A DNA stretch of 64,000 bases, taken from assembly GCA_965197905.1 (NCBI GenBank), contig CBDAOB010000004.1, positions 992,001 to 1,056,000 of the forward strand. Reading direction: 5' to 3'. Position 1 is the stretch's first letter. Each line of letters starts with the position of its first letter. This document shows, one piece after another, positions 19,507 to 29,652 of the stretch. Position numbers and translations under genes: made by a program. Below the pieces are notes generated by a model. It did no database searches and was not told the origin of the DNA. It worked only from the letters and a program-made list of their open reading frames with translations. Origin of the DNA: Candidatus Latescibacterota bacterium. GTDB taxonomy: Bacteria > Latescibacterota > UBA2968 > UBA8231.

Positions 19507-19866
19507 CTACCTCCACTTCTCGAGAATGAAATCCCAGCCGAATCCGTAGGTGCGCTTCTCGTCGAGGAGCAGAGCCATCTCCGGAAACTTGATGATCCGC
19601 CAGCCGTCCGCCATCGCGTCCGCCACCGACTTGTACGGCCAGTCCTCTTCACCGGGAGGATCGTGAAACTCGCCATCCTGGAACAGGCTCATGCCGATCA
19701 CGTCACTGGTGAGCGACGCGCGCCGGACCTGCAGGTAGAGGATGCTCTGGCGTTTTGAGGCATCGTCGGCGAGCTCGTCGATCCGCCGCAGGTGTTCATC
19801 GGTCAGCGAACCCTCTTTCAACGCTTCGATACAGATCTCGACCTGCTGTTGAATCGGATTCGCCAT
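19507..19866 (-). CDS. Hypothetical protein coupled to PhyH gene
   Basis: 119 aa; start overlaps upstream stop (TGATG); WPYKSVADAMADGWRIIKFP. Confidence 0.75.
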   Translation of the reverse strand: MANPIQQQVEICIEALKEGSLTDEHLRRIDELADDASKRQSILYLQVRRASLTSDVIGMSLFQDGEFHDPPGEEDWPYKSVADAMADGWRIIKFPEMALLLDEKRTYGFGWDFILEKWR

Positions 19867-20714
19867 CAGCGCCGAACCTTCCTTCCGGGCAAGGCCACCA
19901 AGTCTTCGCAGTGCGAGCAGGTCTCACCCGATTCGAAATAATAGACCGGCAGGTTGTTGCTCCAGGCACGACAGTTCTCGTGTTCGCCGCATAGCCAGTA
20001 GAACATCTCCGCCGAGTCATCCATGGCGCGATGGGCGTCCCGCTGGTCGATGTTGAAATCGGTGCGGTGGTAGGCGTGGGCGAGCTCGAGTCCAGGCTCT
20101 TCGATCCAGTCCCGTTGTGGTGCGACCGTGCGTGTGTACCAGTACTTGAGCAGATTGCGTCGTCCTCTCTCCGTCGACTTGCCGCGTCGATGCCAGACCG
20201 GGTATGCCGTAACGAAAATCGACCCCGCCGGCGCCGCGGTAGAGACGACCCCCTTGAAGTTGCGGTAATGTTCCATGGCCGAGAATCCGGCATAGAGAAA
20301 GTGCGAGCCCGGAAGGATTTCCGTGGGGCCCAACTCTTTGGGCGTGTCCTGCGGATAGTAGAACACCTGGAGCGAGTCGAGCTCGGGACCGTAGTGTGAG
20401 GAGCCGTCTCGGTGCCACCCTTGTGCTTCGGAGGGTTCCTCACCCAGATGATTGAAGATGAACGGCATCGTCAGCTTGAAATTGCTTCCCAGGAGCGAGC
20501 GCACGGCGCCGGCCACGGGAGGATTGAGTAGCACGTTGTCGACGAACCAGTCCTCTTCGAGGAGCTTTTCCGTCACGTCGTCGTGGAGCAAAAACTCGCA
20601 GGTGGGTTTGTTGATCTCGTCCGGCACTACCGCCTCGAAGACGAGATAGCCCTGGCGGCAGAAGTTCATGACCTCGGTATCGGTGAGCGTCGCTTCGCAA
20701 TCGTGTGTTCTCAT
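19866..20714 (-). CDS. PhyH-family Fe(II)/2OG dioxygenase
   Basis: FCRQGYL, GWHRD, GPTEILPGSH, AGSIF..VWHR. Confidence 0.88.
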   Translation of the reverse strand: MRTHDCEATLTDTEVMNFCRQGYLVFEAVVPDEINKPTCEFLLHDDVTEKLLEEDWFVDNVLLNPPVAGAVRSLLGSNFKLTMPFIFNHLGEEPSEAQGWHRDGSSHYGPELDSLQVFYYPQDTPKELGPTEILPGSHFLYAGFSAMEHYRNFKGVVSTAAPAGSIFVTAYPVWHRRGKSTERGRRNLLKYWYTRTVAPQRDWIEEPGLELAHAYHRTDFNIDQRDAHRAMDDSAEMFYWLCGEHENCRAWSNNLPVYYFESGETCSHCEDLVALPGRKVRR

Positions 20715-20764
20715 CTTCTCTTGCCCTATCTAAAGGGAGTGGGTCAGCTCGGCCATCGTCGAAA

Positions 20765-22291
20765 TCAGCTTTCCGCGCAGTGTTTCTCCCAGGCGTTATA
20801 CATCCGGATCATTTCCCGCACCCGGTCGGGGTACTGGTCGGCCACGTTGTGCTCCTCGGTGCGGTCGGCTTCCATGTCGTACAACTCCCAATGGGCGTCC
20901 ACATCGATCGGCGGTCTCGGTGTTTCCGCATCCCGGCGCCACGGTTTGTAGGCCACCGTATAGTCGGGAGAAACCAGTTTCCACTTGCGGGCGCGTACGG
21001 CGCGCCAGTCACCATCCTGGTTCCAGCAGATCGCCTCGTGACCGTCGCGCTGCTCGCCGCGGAAGATCGGCAACAAGCTTTTGCCTTCCAGCGGGATGGT
21101 CGGACGACCTCCGTTGCTGGAGGGGTATCCGGCTCCGGCGACGTCGGCGCAGGTCGCCATCACGTCGATCAGGTGTCCCGTCTGGAAGGTGATCTCGCCA
21201 CCCTGAATTACCCGCGGCCAATAGGCAATCAGCGGCGTGGAGATGCCCCCTTCGTGGTTCCAGCGTTTGAACTTGCGGAACGGCGTGTTGCTGAGATTCG
21301 CCCACGGCAGGTCCACCGTGTGGTAGGAGTCCACCGGCCCCGGGGGGATGTCGGGCGTGCTCGTGCGCTCCTCATCGCTGGCGCCGTTGTCCGACAGAAA
21401 GAGCACCAGGGTGTTCTCCTCTTCACCGAGCTCACGGATTTTCGCGAGCAGCCGGCCGATGTTCTGATCCAGACGGTCGATCATGGCGGCATAGACCGCC
21501 ATCTTCAGGTCCCAGGCGTCTCTGTCTTCGATCTCCGCCCACGGCAACGAGTTCGGATCCCTCGCTGACAGGCCCCAACGTTGGTCGATCAACCCCAGGT
21601 CGAGCATGCGCGCCATGCGCTGCTCGCGGAGGATGTCCCAACCAACCTTGTACTTCCCGCGGTATTTGGCGATGTCATCCGGCCAGGCCTGGATCGGGAA
21701 GTGCGGCGCCGTGAACGGCATGTAAAGGAAGAACGGATCCTCTCGGCCGCTCTGCTCGTCCAGATAGTCCAGGGCGTAGTCGGTGAAGGCGTCGGTGGCG
21801 TAGAACCCTTTGTCGGGGGTGTAGGGTTTAATGACCTGGTTGTCGATGGCGAACGGTTGGAAGTCGTGTCGCGGAGTTTTCTTCGAAGGGACGGGTTCGC
21901 CGGGGCGTTGCTCACCTGGATTGAAGTAGTTGCAGCCCACGAGCACCCCGTAGTAGCGGTCGAAGCCGTTGTCCACCGGCAATCCCGCACGATACGGTTG
22001 CAGATGCCATTTGCCGCTCATGAAGGTGCGGTAGCCAACCGTCTTGAGCAGTTCGGAGATGGTGACGTTGCCCTTTGGTCCTTCCAGATCGACCTGTTGC
22101 GGGTAGAGACCGGTGAGCAGGGATGCCCTGGTCGGGCTGCAGAGGGCGTTGTTGTAGAACTGGGTGAAACGCAGGCCATTTGCGGCGAGCCCATCCAGGT
22201 TGGGGGTGGCGATCTCACCGCCGTAGCAGCCGAGATCGGAGTAGCCCATGTCGTCTGCTACTATGAGGACGATGTTTGGTTTCGAGGTCAT
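20765..22291 (-). CDS. Arylsulfatase (paralog of 1304..2851)
   Basis: KPNIVLIVADDMGYSD, canonical CSPTRASLLTG, GKWHL. Confidence 0.93.
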   Translation of the reverse strand: MTSKPNIVLIVADDMGYSDLGCYGGEIATPNLDGLAANGLRFTQFYNNALCSPTRASLLTGLYPQQVDLEGPKGNVTISELLKTVGYRTFMSGKWHLQPYRAGLPVDNGFDRYYGVLVGCNYFNPGEQRPGEPVPSKKTPRHDFQPFAIDNQVIKPYTPDKGFYATDAFTDYALDYLDEQSGREDPFFLYMPFTAPHFPIQAWPDDIAKYRGKYKVGWDILREQRMARMLDLGLIDQRWGLSARDPNSLPWAEIEDRDAWDLKMAVYAAMIDRLDQNIGRLLAKIRELGEEENTLVLFLSDNGASDEERTSTPDIPPGPVDSYHTVDLPWANLSNTPFRKFKRWNHEGGISTPLIAYWPRVIQGGEITFQTGHLIDVMATCADVAGAGYPSSNGGRPTIPLEGKSLLPIFRGEQRDGHEAICWNQDGDWRAVRARKWKLVSPDYTVAYKPWRRDAETPRPPIDVDAHWELYDMEADRTEEHNVADQYPDRVREMIRMYNAWEKHCAES

Positions 22292-22301
22292 TCTGCTTTC
22301 G

Positions 22302-23198
22302 TTACCGCTTCGATTCCTGCGCTTCGATCTGCTTGATGATTCCCGCGTAGTCCAGCTCGGCGTTGCCAGCCTCGACGAAATCGCCATAGAGCTCGGCCGC
22401 TCTCGCCCCCATAGGCGTACAGGCTCCGAAATGTTCGGCCGCATTTTGACTGAGCAGCAAATCCTTGAGCATCAGCGAGCTGCTGAAGCCGGGGCGGTAG
22501 TCGTTATTGGCAGCGGAAGTCGGGGACATGTCGGGCACCGGATGGTTGGTGTTGAGCACCCAGCAGTTGCCGGAGGAGTTGGCGACGATCTCGTTAAAGG
22601 TGTTGGCGTCGAGCCCCAGCTTGTCGGCAAGTCGAAACGCCTCGGCCACGGCGATCGTCGAGATTCCGAGGATCATGTTGTTGCAGATTTTGGCCGCCTG
22701 ACCGGCTCCGGCCGCTCCCACGTGCACGATGGAACGGCCCATCGCTTCGAGGATCGGGGTTGCCCTGGTCACATCAGCCGTCTCACCGCCCACCATGAAG
22801 GTGAGTGTCGCCGCTTCGGCTCCCGGTACGCCGCCGGAAACCGGGGCGTCAACCATCGTCATGCCGGCTGTCGCCGCTTCAGTGGACAGGGTTCGCGCAG
22901 TATTGACGTCGATGGTCGAGGACTCGATGAAGAGGGTGTCTTTTTCGGCCTGCGCCAGCAGGCCCGCATCGCCGGATAACACCTCGTTGACGACGTCGCC
23001 GGTGCGCAACATAGTGATGACGGTCTCAACGTGAAGAGCAACGCTGTCTTGCGTGGCGGGTTGGGCGCCGGCTGCAACAAGGGCGTCGACAGCCGCCTGG
23101 GTTTTATCGTGCACCTTCAGGCGGTGTCCGGCCTTCAGCAGATTGCGGGCCATGGGGCCGCCCATGGCGCCAAGCCCCACCATGCCGATGGTTGCCAT
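22302..23198 (-). CDS. mmsB: 3-hydroxyisobutyrate dehydrogenase
   Basis: GLGAMGGPMA, DAPVSGG, TLTFMVGG, GAGQAAKICNNMILG, NHPVP..PTSAANNDY.PGF...LMLKDL. Confidence 0.88.
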   Translation of the reverse strand: MATIGMVGLGAMGGPMARNLLKAGHRLKVHDKTQAAVDALVAAGAQPATQDSVALHVETVITMLRTGDVVNEVLSGDAGLLAQAEKDTLFIESSTIDVNTARTLSTEAATAGMTMVDAPVSGGVPGAEAATLTFMVGGETADVTRATPILEAMGRSIVHVGAAGAGQAAKICNNMILGISTIAVAEAFRLADKLGLDANTFNEIVANSSGNCWVLNTNHPVPDMSPTSAANNDYRPGFSSSLMLKDLLLSQNAAEHFGACTPMGARAAELYGDFVEAGNAELDYAGIIKQIEAQESKR

Positions 23199-23230
23199 CT
23201 TCGACTCCTTCCCTTCGCGGTTCGACCGGT

Positions 23231-24112
23231 TCATGAAACTGAGGTGGGACCCTCAGCGAACCGATCATCCTGGGCGAGCATGTTGGAAAACCCCGCCATC
23301 TCGAAACATTCCATCAGGCCGACCATGTCCCCTGTCAGTTCGGCGGTCGTACCCTTTTCTTGCAACTGCCGCATCAGATCGCCAACGGTTTTCGCGACCG
23401 TCAGCAGCGCGCTGACCGGAAATATCACCAACTTGAAACCGAGCCGCTCCAGCTCGGACGCCGGAATTAAGGGAGACTTGCCCATCTCCACGAAGTTGTA
23501 GAGAAGAGGCAGGTCGAAGGCGCGGGTTACTCGCTCCGCTTCCTCTGCCGAGCGCAGCGCTTCCACAAAGAGGACATCCGCGCCTGCCTTTATATAGGCT
23601 TCGCAACGGCGCATGGTGTCGTCCCAGCCGGTTACCGCCAGCGCGTCTGTCCGCACGATGAGGGTGAAGTCATCATCGGTGCGGGCTTCGGTGGCAGCGT
23701 GGATCTTCTGCACCATCTCTTCCTGCGAAACCACCCGTTTGTCATCGAGGTGGCCGCAGCGCTTGGGGGCCTCCTGATCTTCGATGTGGACCGCCGCCAC
23801 TCCGGCGTGCTGGTACTCGCGGATAGTACGCTGCACATTGAGGATGCTACCGTAACCGGTGTCGGCATCGGCGATTACCGGAACATCAACCGCGCCCACC
23901 AGGGCGGTTGCACTGGCGACCATCTCGCTCATGGTGGCCAAACCCAGGTCGGGGTAACCCAGGCGCGCAACCGAAGTGCCGGCGCCGGTCATGTAGACCG
24001 CCGGGAACCTGGCTTGCTCGATGATCTTTGCGGTGAGGCAATCGTACGCGCCCGGTGCCACAATGATGCCCGGCTCGCTCAACATCTGGCGGAATCTGGT
24101 GGTCGCTTTCAT
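23231..24112 (-). CDS. Isocitrate lyase/PEP mutase family enzyme (methylisocitrate/2,3-dimethylmalate lyase-like)
   Basis: APGAYD, DADTGYG, HIEDQ..PKRCGH, RTDA, AGADVLFVE. Confidence 0.9.
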   Translation of the reverse strand: MKATTRFRQMLSEPGIIVAPGAYDCLTAKIIEQARFPAVYMTGAGTSVARLGYPDLGLATMSEMVASATALVGAVDVPVIADADTGYGSILNVQRTIREYQHAGVAAVHIEDQEAPKRCGHLDDKRVVSQEEMVQKIHAATEARTDDDFTLIVRTDALAVTGWDDTMRRCEAYIKAGADVLFVEALRSAEEAERVTRAFDLPLLYNFVEMGKSPLIPASELERLGFKLVIFPVSALLTVAKTVGDLMRQLQEKGTTAELTGDMVGLMECFEMAGFSNMLAQDDRFAEGPTSVS

Positions 24113-24254
24113 AGTGGATTTGGGACCAATATAGAATGATGCCGAAAGGGCTCCAACCGCACATGGCGGAAGTTTACCGACCTCTTCTCCGGGCGTATCT
24201 TCGTCCGGTTCCGTAATTCCGGCAACATGAAGACCTTCCGAAAGGGCATGGGTG

Positions 24255-24689
24255 ATGGAAAGCGAAACGCAAACCAAAGCCAACGTAAAAGAGGCGGTGC
24301 CGTTTTTCGCAGTTGCGAACATGGAAGAATCGCTGCGGTTTTATGTCGACGGTCTCGGCTTCGAAATGACGGGCAAATGGGTGGACGACGGCAAGATCCG
24401 GTGGTGCAAGATAGAGCATGGAGGAGCGGGTCTGATGCTGCAGGAGTTCCGCACGGAAGGGCACGATTCGTGGGTCCCTGAAGGCAAGGTGGGTGAGGGC
24501 GTCTCGATCTACTTCATGTGCGAAGATGCCCTGGAGATCTACCGCGACATCAAATCCCGCGGCATCGAAACCTCGAAACCGATTGTCAGCAATGGGTGTT
24601 GGCACACGTGTCTCTCCGATCCCGACGGATATCGCATCCATTTCGAGACCAACACCGATGAACCTGAGGATTCGGAATACACGGACTAG
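24255..24689 (+). CDS. VOC/bleomycin-resistance family protein
   Basis: AVPFFAVANMEESLRFYVDGLGF, SDPDGYRIHFE. Confidence 0.88.
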   Translation: MESETQTKANVKEAVPFFAVANMEESLRFYVDGLGFEMTGKWVDDGKIRWCKIEHGGAGLMLQEFRTEGHDSWVPEGKVGEGVSIYFMCEDALEIYRDIKSRGIETSKPIVSNGCWHTCLSDPDGYRIHFETNTDEPEDSEYTD

Positions 24690-24731
24690 GAAGCGCCGGC
24701 ACCTCTACTACCCATCGAAGGCATGACCGCG

Positions 24732-25604
24732 TTAGTCCCATCGCTTGGGATCGATGGCCGGCGCATCCGTTTTCATGCCCATGGGTTTGTGGGACTGTTC
24801 CCATTGGAGGCCGGTCGTATTCGGACTCTGCAGAAAACGCTTGGCTTCCGGCGCGACGGCGGCCACTAGGTCCGGGTCCCACTCCTCCATCGGATTGATC
24901 GGGCCGGCCCACGCCGGACGGTATCCGAACTGCACGAGGGTACGCTGCGAGGTTGCCCGGTTCGGATGGCTGCCGTGGAACAGGTTGATCGGAACGATCA
25001 CTGCCGTCCCGGCCCTTGCACAAACGGTGATCTCACCTGGATGCCACTTGTAGCGCACGTACGGATTGGCCTCGGCGTGAAACGAGAGATGCGATCGAGG
25101 CACCAGACGAAAGGGAGCTCGTTCAGGCGTGAGGTCATCGAGATAATAGAGGACGCGAAGCAGGCGAGGCGAGCTACCCTCGTAACCAAAGATGGAAGAG
25201 CCGAACGGCTGGCCGTCCGTATGCAGTGAGATCGGTGGCGAGCCGGACAAGGTGCGGGTGAAAAGCCCTTTGGTGAACACGATGTCCGTCCCCAAAAGAG
25301 CTTCCAGAAACTCGATTACGGGAGGGTGTGCGATCAGCTTCGCCACGCTCGGACTGTGCCACTGGGGTTCCTGAAAGAAGGTCTGTGCGTCGCTGTAATC
25401 CTTGGTCTTCATCGGTGCATCGGCCATCTCCGCTTTGATCTGCTCCATCAACTCCGCATCGAGCACGTCCGGCAATACCGCGAACCCCTCGACTTCGAGA
25501 TGGCGGACTAGCTGTCTCGTGGTGAATTTGCTGAAATCGGTTTCGTCGACATTCATGAAATCGATCTCGTGCTCCGGATCGATGTTTACGTTGGTTGCTT
25601 CCAT
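24732..25604 (-). CDS. PhyH-family dioxygenase
   Basis: EVEGFAVLPDVL, LHTD, LYYLDD, VPRSH, FHGSHPN; start could be 25616. Confidence 0.85.
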   Translation of the reverse strand: MEATNVNIDPEHEIDFMNVDETDFSKFTTRQLVRHLEVEGFAVLPDVLDAELMEQIKAEMADAPMKTKDYSDAQTFFQEPQWHSPSVAKLIAHPPVIEFLEALLGTDIVFTKGLFTRTLSGSPPISLHTDGQPFGSSIFGYEGSSPRLLRVLYYLDDLTPERAPFRLVPRSHLSFHAEANPYVRYKWHPGEITVCARAGTAVIVPINLFHGSHPNRATSQRTLVQFGYRPAWAGPINPMEEWDPDLVAAVAPEAKRFLQSPNTTGLQWEQSHKPMGMKTDAPAIDPKRWD

Positions 25605-25667
25605 GACCTTCTCCATGTATTGTAGGCGCACCTGAGCAATGCCGTGGTGCTGTCAAAGGGTACAACC

Positions 25668-27304
25668 ATGTCGTCACCCCATCAAATAACCTACCCCGCC
25701 TTCCGCCAGAACGTTATGGGATTGAATGGCGCCGTGACCTCCGGCCATCCGCTCGCTTCGCAGGCCGGCATCCGCATTCTGCAAGCCGGCGGCAATGCGG
25801 TAGACGCCGCCATCGCCACGGCGGCGGCGTTGGGCGTGGTTGAGCTGCCCAGCTCCGGTGTCGGCGGCGATGGCTTTATCATGCTCTACGACCGGCAATC
25901 CAGAAAGGTCCACGGAATCAACGGGACCGGACCGGCGCCGGCAGCGGCTACCCGCGACATCTATGTCGAACGCGGCGGCATTCCTATGAAGGGCGCCCTG
26001 AGCGTCTCGGTGCCAGGGCTGGTCGATGGTTGGACGATGGCGCACCGGCCCTTTGGCAAGCTCGGCTTGCTCGAGGTGTTGACGCCGGCGATCGAACTCT
26101 GCGAGCAGGGGTTCCCTATCAGTCACAAACTCTCCGCCACGCTGCATGCCGAACACCAGCAGTTCTCCAGCGATCCGTACACCAGCGCCATCTTTGAGCC
26201 CGATGGCAGACCGCTCGATCCAGGTGAGCTGCTTTTTCAACGCGACCTTGGGCAAACCCTCAGAACCATCGCCGCTGGCGGCCGTGATGTTTTCTACCAG
26301 GGTGAGATCGCTCGCGAAGTCGTTCGTTTCATGGAAGGGTACGACGGCCTGCTCACCTACGACGACCTGGCCGGCTTCAACGCGCGGTGGGATGAGCCGA
26401 TCTACGTCGACTATTGCGGTCATCGGGTCTACGAGATGCCACCCAACTCCAGCGGTCACATCCTGCTGCAGGAGCTGAATCTCATCGAGCAGTTCGACAT
26501 CCTCTCCATGGGCTGCCTGACCGCGGAGAGCGTGCACATCATGGTGGAGGCGAAGAAGCTCGCTTTCGCCGACCGCGAAGCCCACATGGCCGACCCGGAT
26601 TTCCGCGATGTGCCCATCGAGCGCTTGCTGTCTAAGGAGTACGCCGCCGAACGCGCCGCCTTGATCGATCCGACTCGTGCCAGCACCGAGGTGACCACCG
26701 GCATACCCGAGGCAAAAGAGGACACCACCTGCTTTACCGTCGCCGACGGCGAGGGAAACGTGGTCTGTGTGCTGCAGAGCATTCAATCCAGCCTGGGGTC
26801 AAGCATGATCGCCGGCAATACCGGCATCTTGTTGAACAACCGCATGACCTACTGGCACCTGGATGAAGGACATCCAATTGTCTCGTTCCGGGAAGGCGGG
26901 TGCGTCATACCATGAACCCGGTCATCGCCATGAAGTTGGGCAAGCCGGTCATCATCTGTGGCACGCCCGGTGCCGACACGCAGGTGCAAACCAACCTGCA
27001 GCTGTTGACCCACGCGATCCACTTCGGCATGACGCCACAAGAGGCCGTGGAAGCGCCGCGCTGGCGCAACCAGCAAAACCCGATGGAGTCAACGGTGCCC
27101 CACACATGCGAGGATCTGCTGCAGCTGGAGGCACGCTTCGGCAACGAGGTGCGCAAAGGTCTGGAGAAACGAGGACACGCGCTGCAGATCCTGGCTGACT
27201 GGGGCGGCCCCGGCAACGCACAGTTCATCCGCCGCGAACCGGAGAGCGGCGCTCTGCTCGCCGGCGTCGATCCGCGGCAGGATGGTTACGCGATCGCGTA
27301 CTAG
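25668..27304 (+). pseudogene. ggt: Gamma-glutamyltransferase with a 1-nt-loss frameshift near 26876
   Basis: GGNAVDAAIA, GVGGDGF, PPNSSG, EDTTCF (autocatalytic Thr); adding one A to CCAATTG restores HPNCLVPGRRVRHTMNP...GTPGAD...DPR.DG. Confidence 0.88.
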
Positions 27305-27480
27305 TGGAGCAGGTGTAGGAGGTAAGCGTGATTCGCGTTGAGATCCTTCCCAGCGGGACGGGTCCGGAGGATATCCTTTTTTATGCTGCCTATTTTGGAA
27401 ACCGGCAAGATGTAGCTTATTAGGTATGACAAATACGGCCGGCGCTTGACGCAGCCGCATAACAGGACAAATTCTGAGCT

Positions 27481-28359
27481 ATGGATACCGCCTTCACCAA
27501 CAGCAAAGAGCAGATCGCCATCGCTCCCCGGGACGAGACGGACTGGTCGAGCCTGACACGGGCGGAGCAGATCCGAAACATCGAGCTGGAGGGGTATGTC
27601 GTCCTGCCCGATCTGCTCTCCCCGGAGACGTTGGAGACGATCCGGGAGGAGCTGCGCCGGCTGCCCATGCGGAGCACCGACTACAGCCCGCACCAGCAGG
27701 GCTCCCAGAATGTCCAATGGACCGATTCGCCGACCGCCACCGACGTCATCGCCCACGCACCCATGATCCAGTTCTTAAAGGACCTCTTCGGTGATGAGGT
27801 GATCTGCACCTCCTGCGGCTACGGCTGCTCGGAGCCGGGTCACCCAGGTATTGCCATACACACCGACGCACAGCCGTACGGCTCGAAGATCTTCGGCTTG
27901 CAGTCGAGCTCGCCGGTGTTGGCGCGCGCCCTGTATTACCTCGACGACCAGACCCCGGACTGCTCGCCGTTCAAGGTGATACCCCGCTCCCATCTGTCGA
28001 TGCATATTCACGGCAATCCGTACAACCGCTTTCTGAGCCATACCGAAGAAATGATGGTGTGTTGCAAGGCGGGCTCGGCGGTGGTGATCAACCAGAATGT
28101 GTTCCATGGCAATTTTCCGAATCACAGCGACCGCGACCGGCGCATGCTGGCCATCGCGTACCGTCCAAACTGGGCCGGTCCTATCGGTGACGTTGAAGAA
28201 GACTGGGAGCCGGAGAAGGTGGCTACGCTTCCGGAGCACATAAAACCGTTCTTCCGCAGCCTCAATACGCGTAGTATCGACTTCGATGTGCCGAACCGTC
28301 CGGATGGCATGGCTCGGGATGCCGGCGGCATCGGCCCCAGCCGCTGGGGACCCTCCTAG
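27481..28359 (+). CDS. PhyH-family dioxygenase (paralog of 24732..25604)
   Basis: ELEGYVVLPDLL, IHTD.QPYGS.IFG, IPRSH, FHGNFPN. Confidence 0.85.
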   Translation: MDTAFTNSKEQIAIAPRDETDWSSLTRAEQIRNIELEGYVVLPDLLSPETLETIREELRRLPMRSTDYSPHQQGSQNVQWTDSPTATDVIAHAPMIQFLKDLFGDEVICTSCGYGCSEPGHPGIAIHTDAQPYGSKIFGLQSSSPVLARALYYLDDQTPDCSPFKVIPRSHLSMHIHGNPYNRFLSHTEEMMVCCKAGSAVVINQNVFHGNFPNHSDRDRRMLAIAYRPNWAGPIGDVEEDWEPEKVATLPEHIKPFFRSLNTRSIDFDVPNRPDGMARDAGGIGPSRWGPS

Positions 28360-28386
28360 CGTCAGCCTGAGACCTAACTGCCGCCC

Positions 28387-29526
28387 GTGGGATACGACGT
28401 CATTGTCATAGGTGGCGGCATTGTTGGTAGCGCCGCAGCCTATCATCTCACATCCAGTGGGGCGCAAACCCTGCTGCTCGATCGCAAGGACGTCGGTCGG
28501 GCAACGGACGCTGGCGCCGGTATACTCTCCGCGGCAACTGCCACCAGAGAATCGGATCGTTTCGACTTCGGGATTCGCGCCTTCGATTATTTTCCAGGAT
28601 TGGTCGCGCGCTTGAACGCCGAACAGGACGGCGACACGGGATACGCGGTCTGTGGCAAACTAATCGTCGCCATCAGCGAGGATGAAGAAGCGGCCTACCA
28701 ACACGCCAGGTCGCAGATATTCGATCGCCAGCAAAAAACAGGTCGTCCGGATGCTGCCCAGCTGCGCGAGGTTTCTGCAGCCGAAGCGAGTGTCTTGTTC
28801 CCGCCGCTGGCGCCTGCACGCGGCGCCATCCATTACACCGAGGGAAGACGCGTCGACGGCCGCCTGCTACATCGAGCACTGCAGCAAGCGGCGCTGTCTC
28901 ATGGACTCGAAGTGGAGGAAGCCTCCGTTGACGAGCTCGTCCGCGAGGGGAACCGAGTCACCGGCGTCATGATCGGTACGCGAAAGCTCGAGGCGAAGAA
29001 CGTGATCATCGCCGGCGGCGCCTGGTCCAGCCAGTTCGGTCATCAGCTCGGGATCCAGATTCCAGTGAATCCACAGCGCGGGCAGATCATCCACCTTGGA
29101 CTGCCCGGCGTCGACACCTCCAACTGGGCGATCGTGAGCGCCTTTCGGGGTCACTACATGGTCCCCTGGGATGACAGCCGCGTCGTGGTCGGCGCCACCC
29201 GGGAAACTGGATCGGGCTTCGAGCCACGGACGACGGCTGCCGGCGTCGAGGAGATCTTGGACGAAGCCTGCCGCGTGGCGCCGGGACTCGAGGATGCGGA
29301 GATTCGCGAGATCCGCGTTGGGCTGAGACCCCTGGTGCCCGACGGCGTTCCCGTCCTCGGTCCCGTTCCTGGAATCGAGGGTATCCTCCTGGCCACCGGG
29401 CATGGACCGTCGGGATTGCAGCTGGGGCCGTACAGTGGCAAGCTCGTTGGCGACCTCGCCATGGGGCTCGACCTGGAAACGGACCTCGAGCCCTTCAGCA
29501 TCTCACGGTTCAACGGCATCACCTAG
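28387..29526 (+). CDS. FAD-dependent oxidoreductase, DAO/DadA/ThiO family
   Basis: VIGGGIVG, ATDAGAG, AGGAWS, PQRGQ, VGLRP, ATGHG..G. Confidence 0.9.
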   Translation: MGYDVIVIGGGIVGSAAAYHLTSSGAQTLLLDRKDVGRATDAGAGILSAATATRESDRFDFGIRAFDYFPGLVARLNAEQDGDTGYAVCGKLIVAISEDEEAAYQHARSQIFDRQQKTGRPDAAQLREVSAAEASVLFPPLAPARGAIHYTEGRRVDGRLLHRALQQAALSHGLEVEEASVDELVREGNRVTGVMIGTRKLEAKNVIIAGGAWSSQFGHQLGIQIPVNPQRGQIIHLGLPGVDTSNWAIVSAFRGHYMVPWDDSRVVVGATRETGSGFEPRTTAAGVEEILDEACRVAPGLEDAEIREIRVGLRPLVPDGVPVLGPVPGIEGILLATGHGPSGLQLGPYSGKLVGDLAMGLDLETDLEPFSISRFNGIT

Positions 29527-29652
29527 CGCTAAGCCGATACGGCCTGGACCCGAACCGGTTGTTTCCCCTCGATGGTTTGGTTTTAATCTGGCGGGTCGAG
29601 AGCGACTCACCGGATTACACTGAATCAACATCCCTGACTAACGGAGATCGAA

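Noticed and set aside
24113..24322. N-terminal extension of the ICL/PEP-mutase gene
   Set aside because: It overlaps the divergent VOC gene and family similarity starts at MKATT (24112); it may be another scrap but cannot be supported
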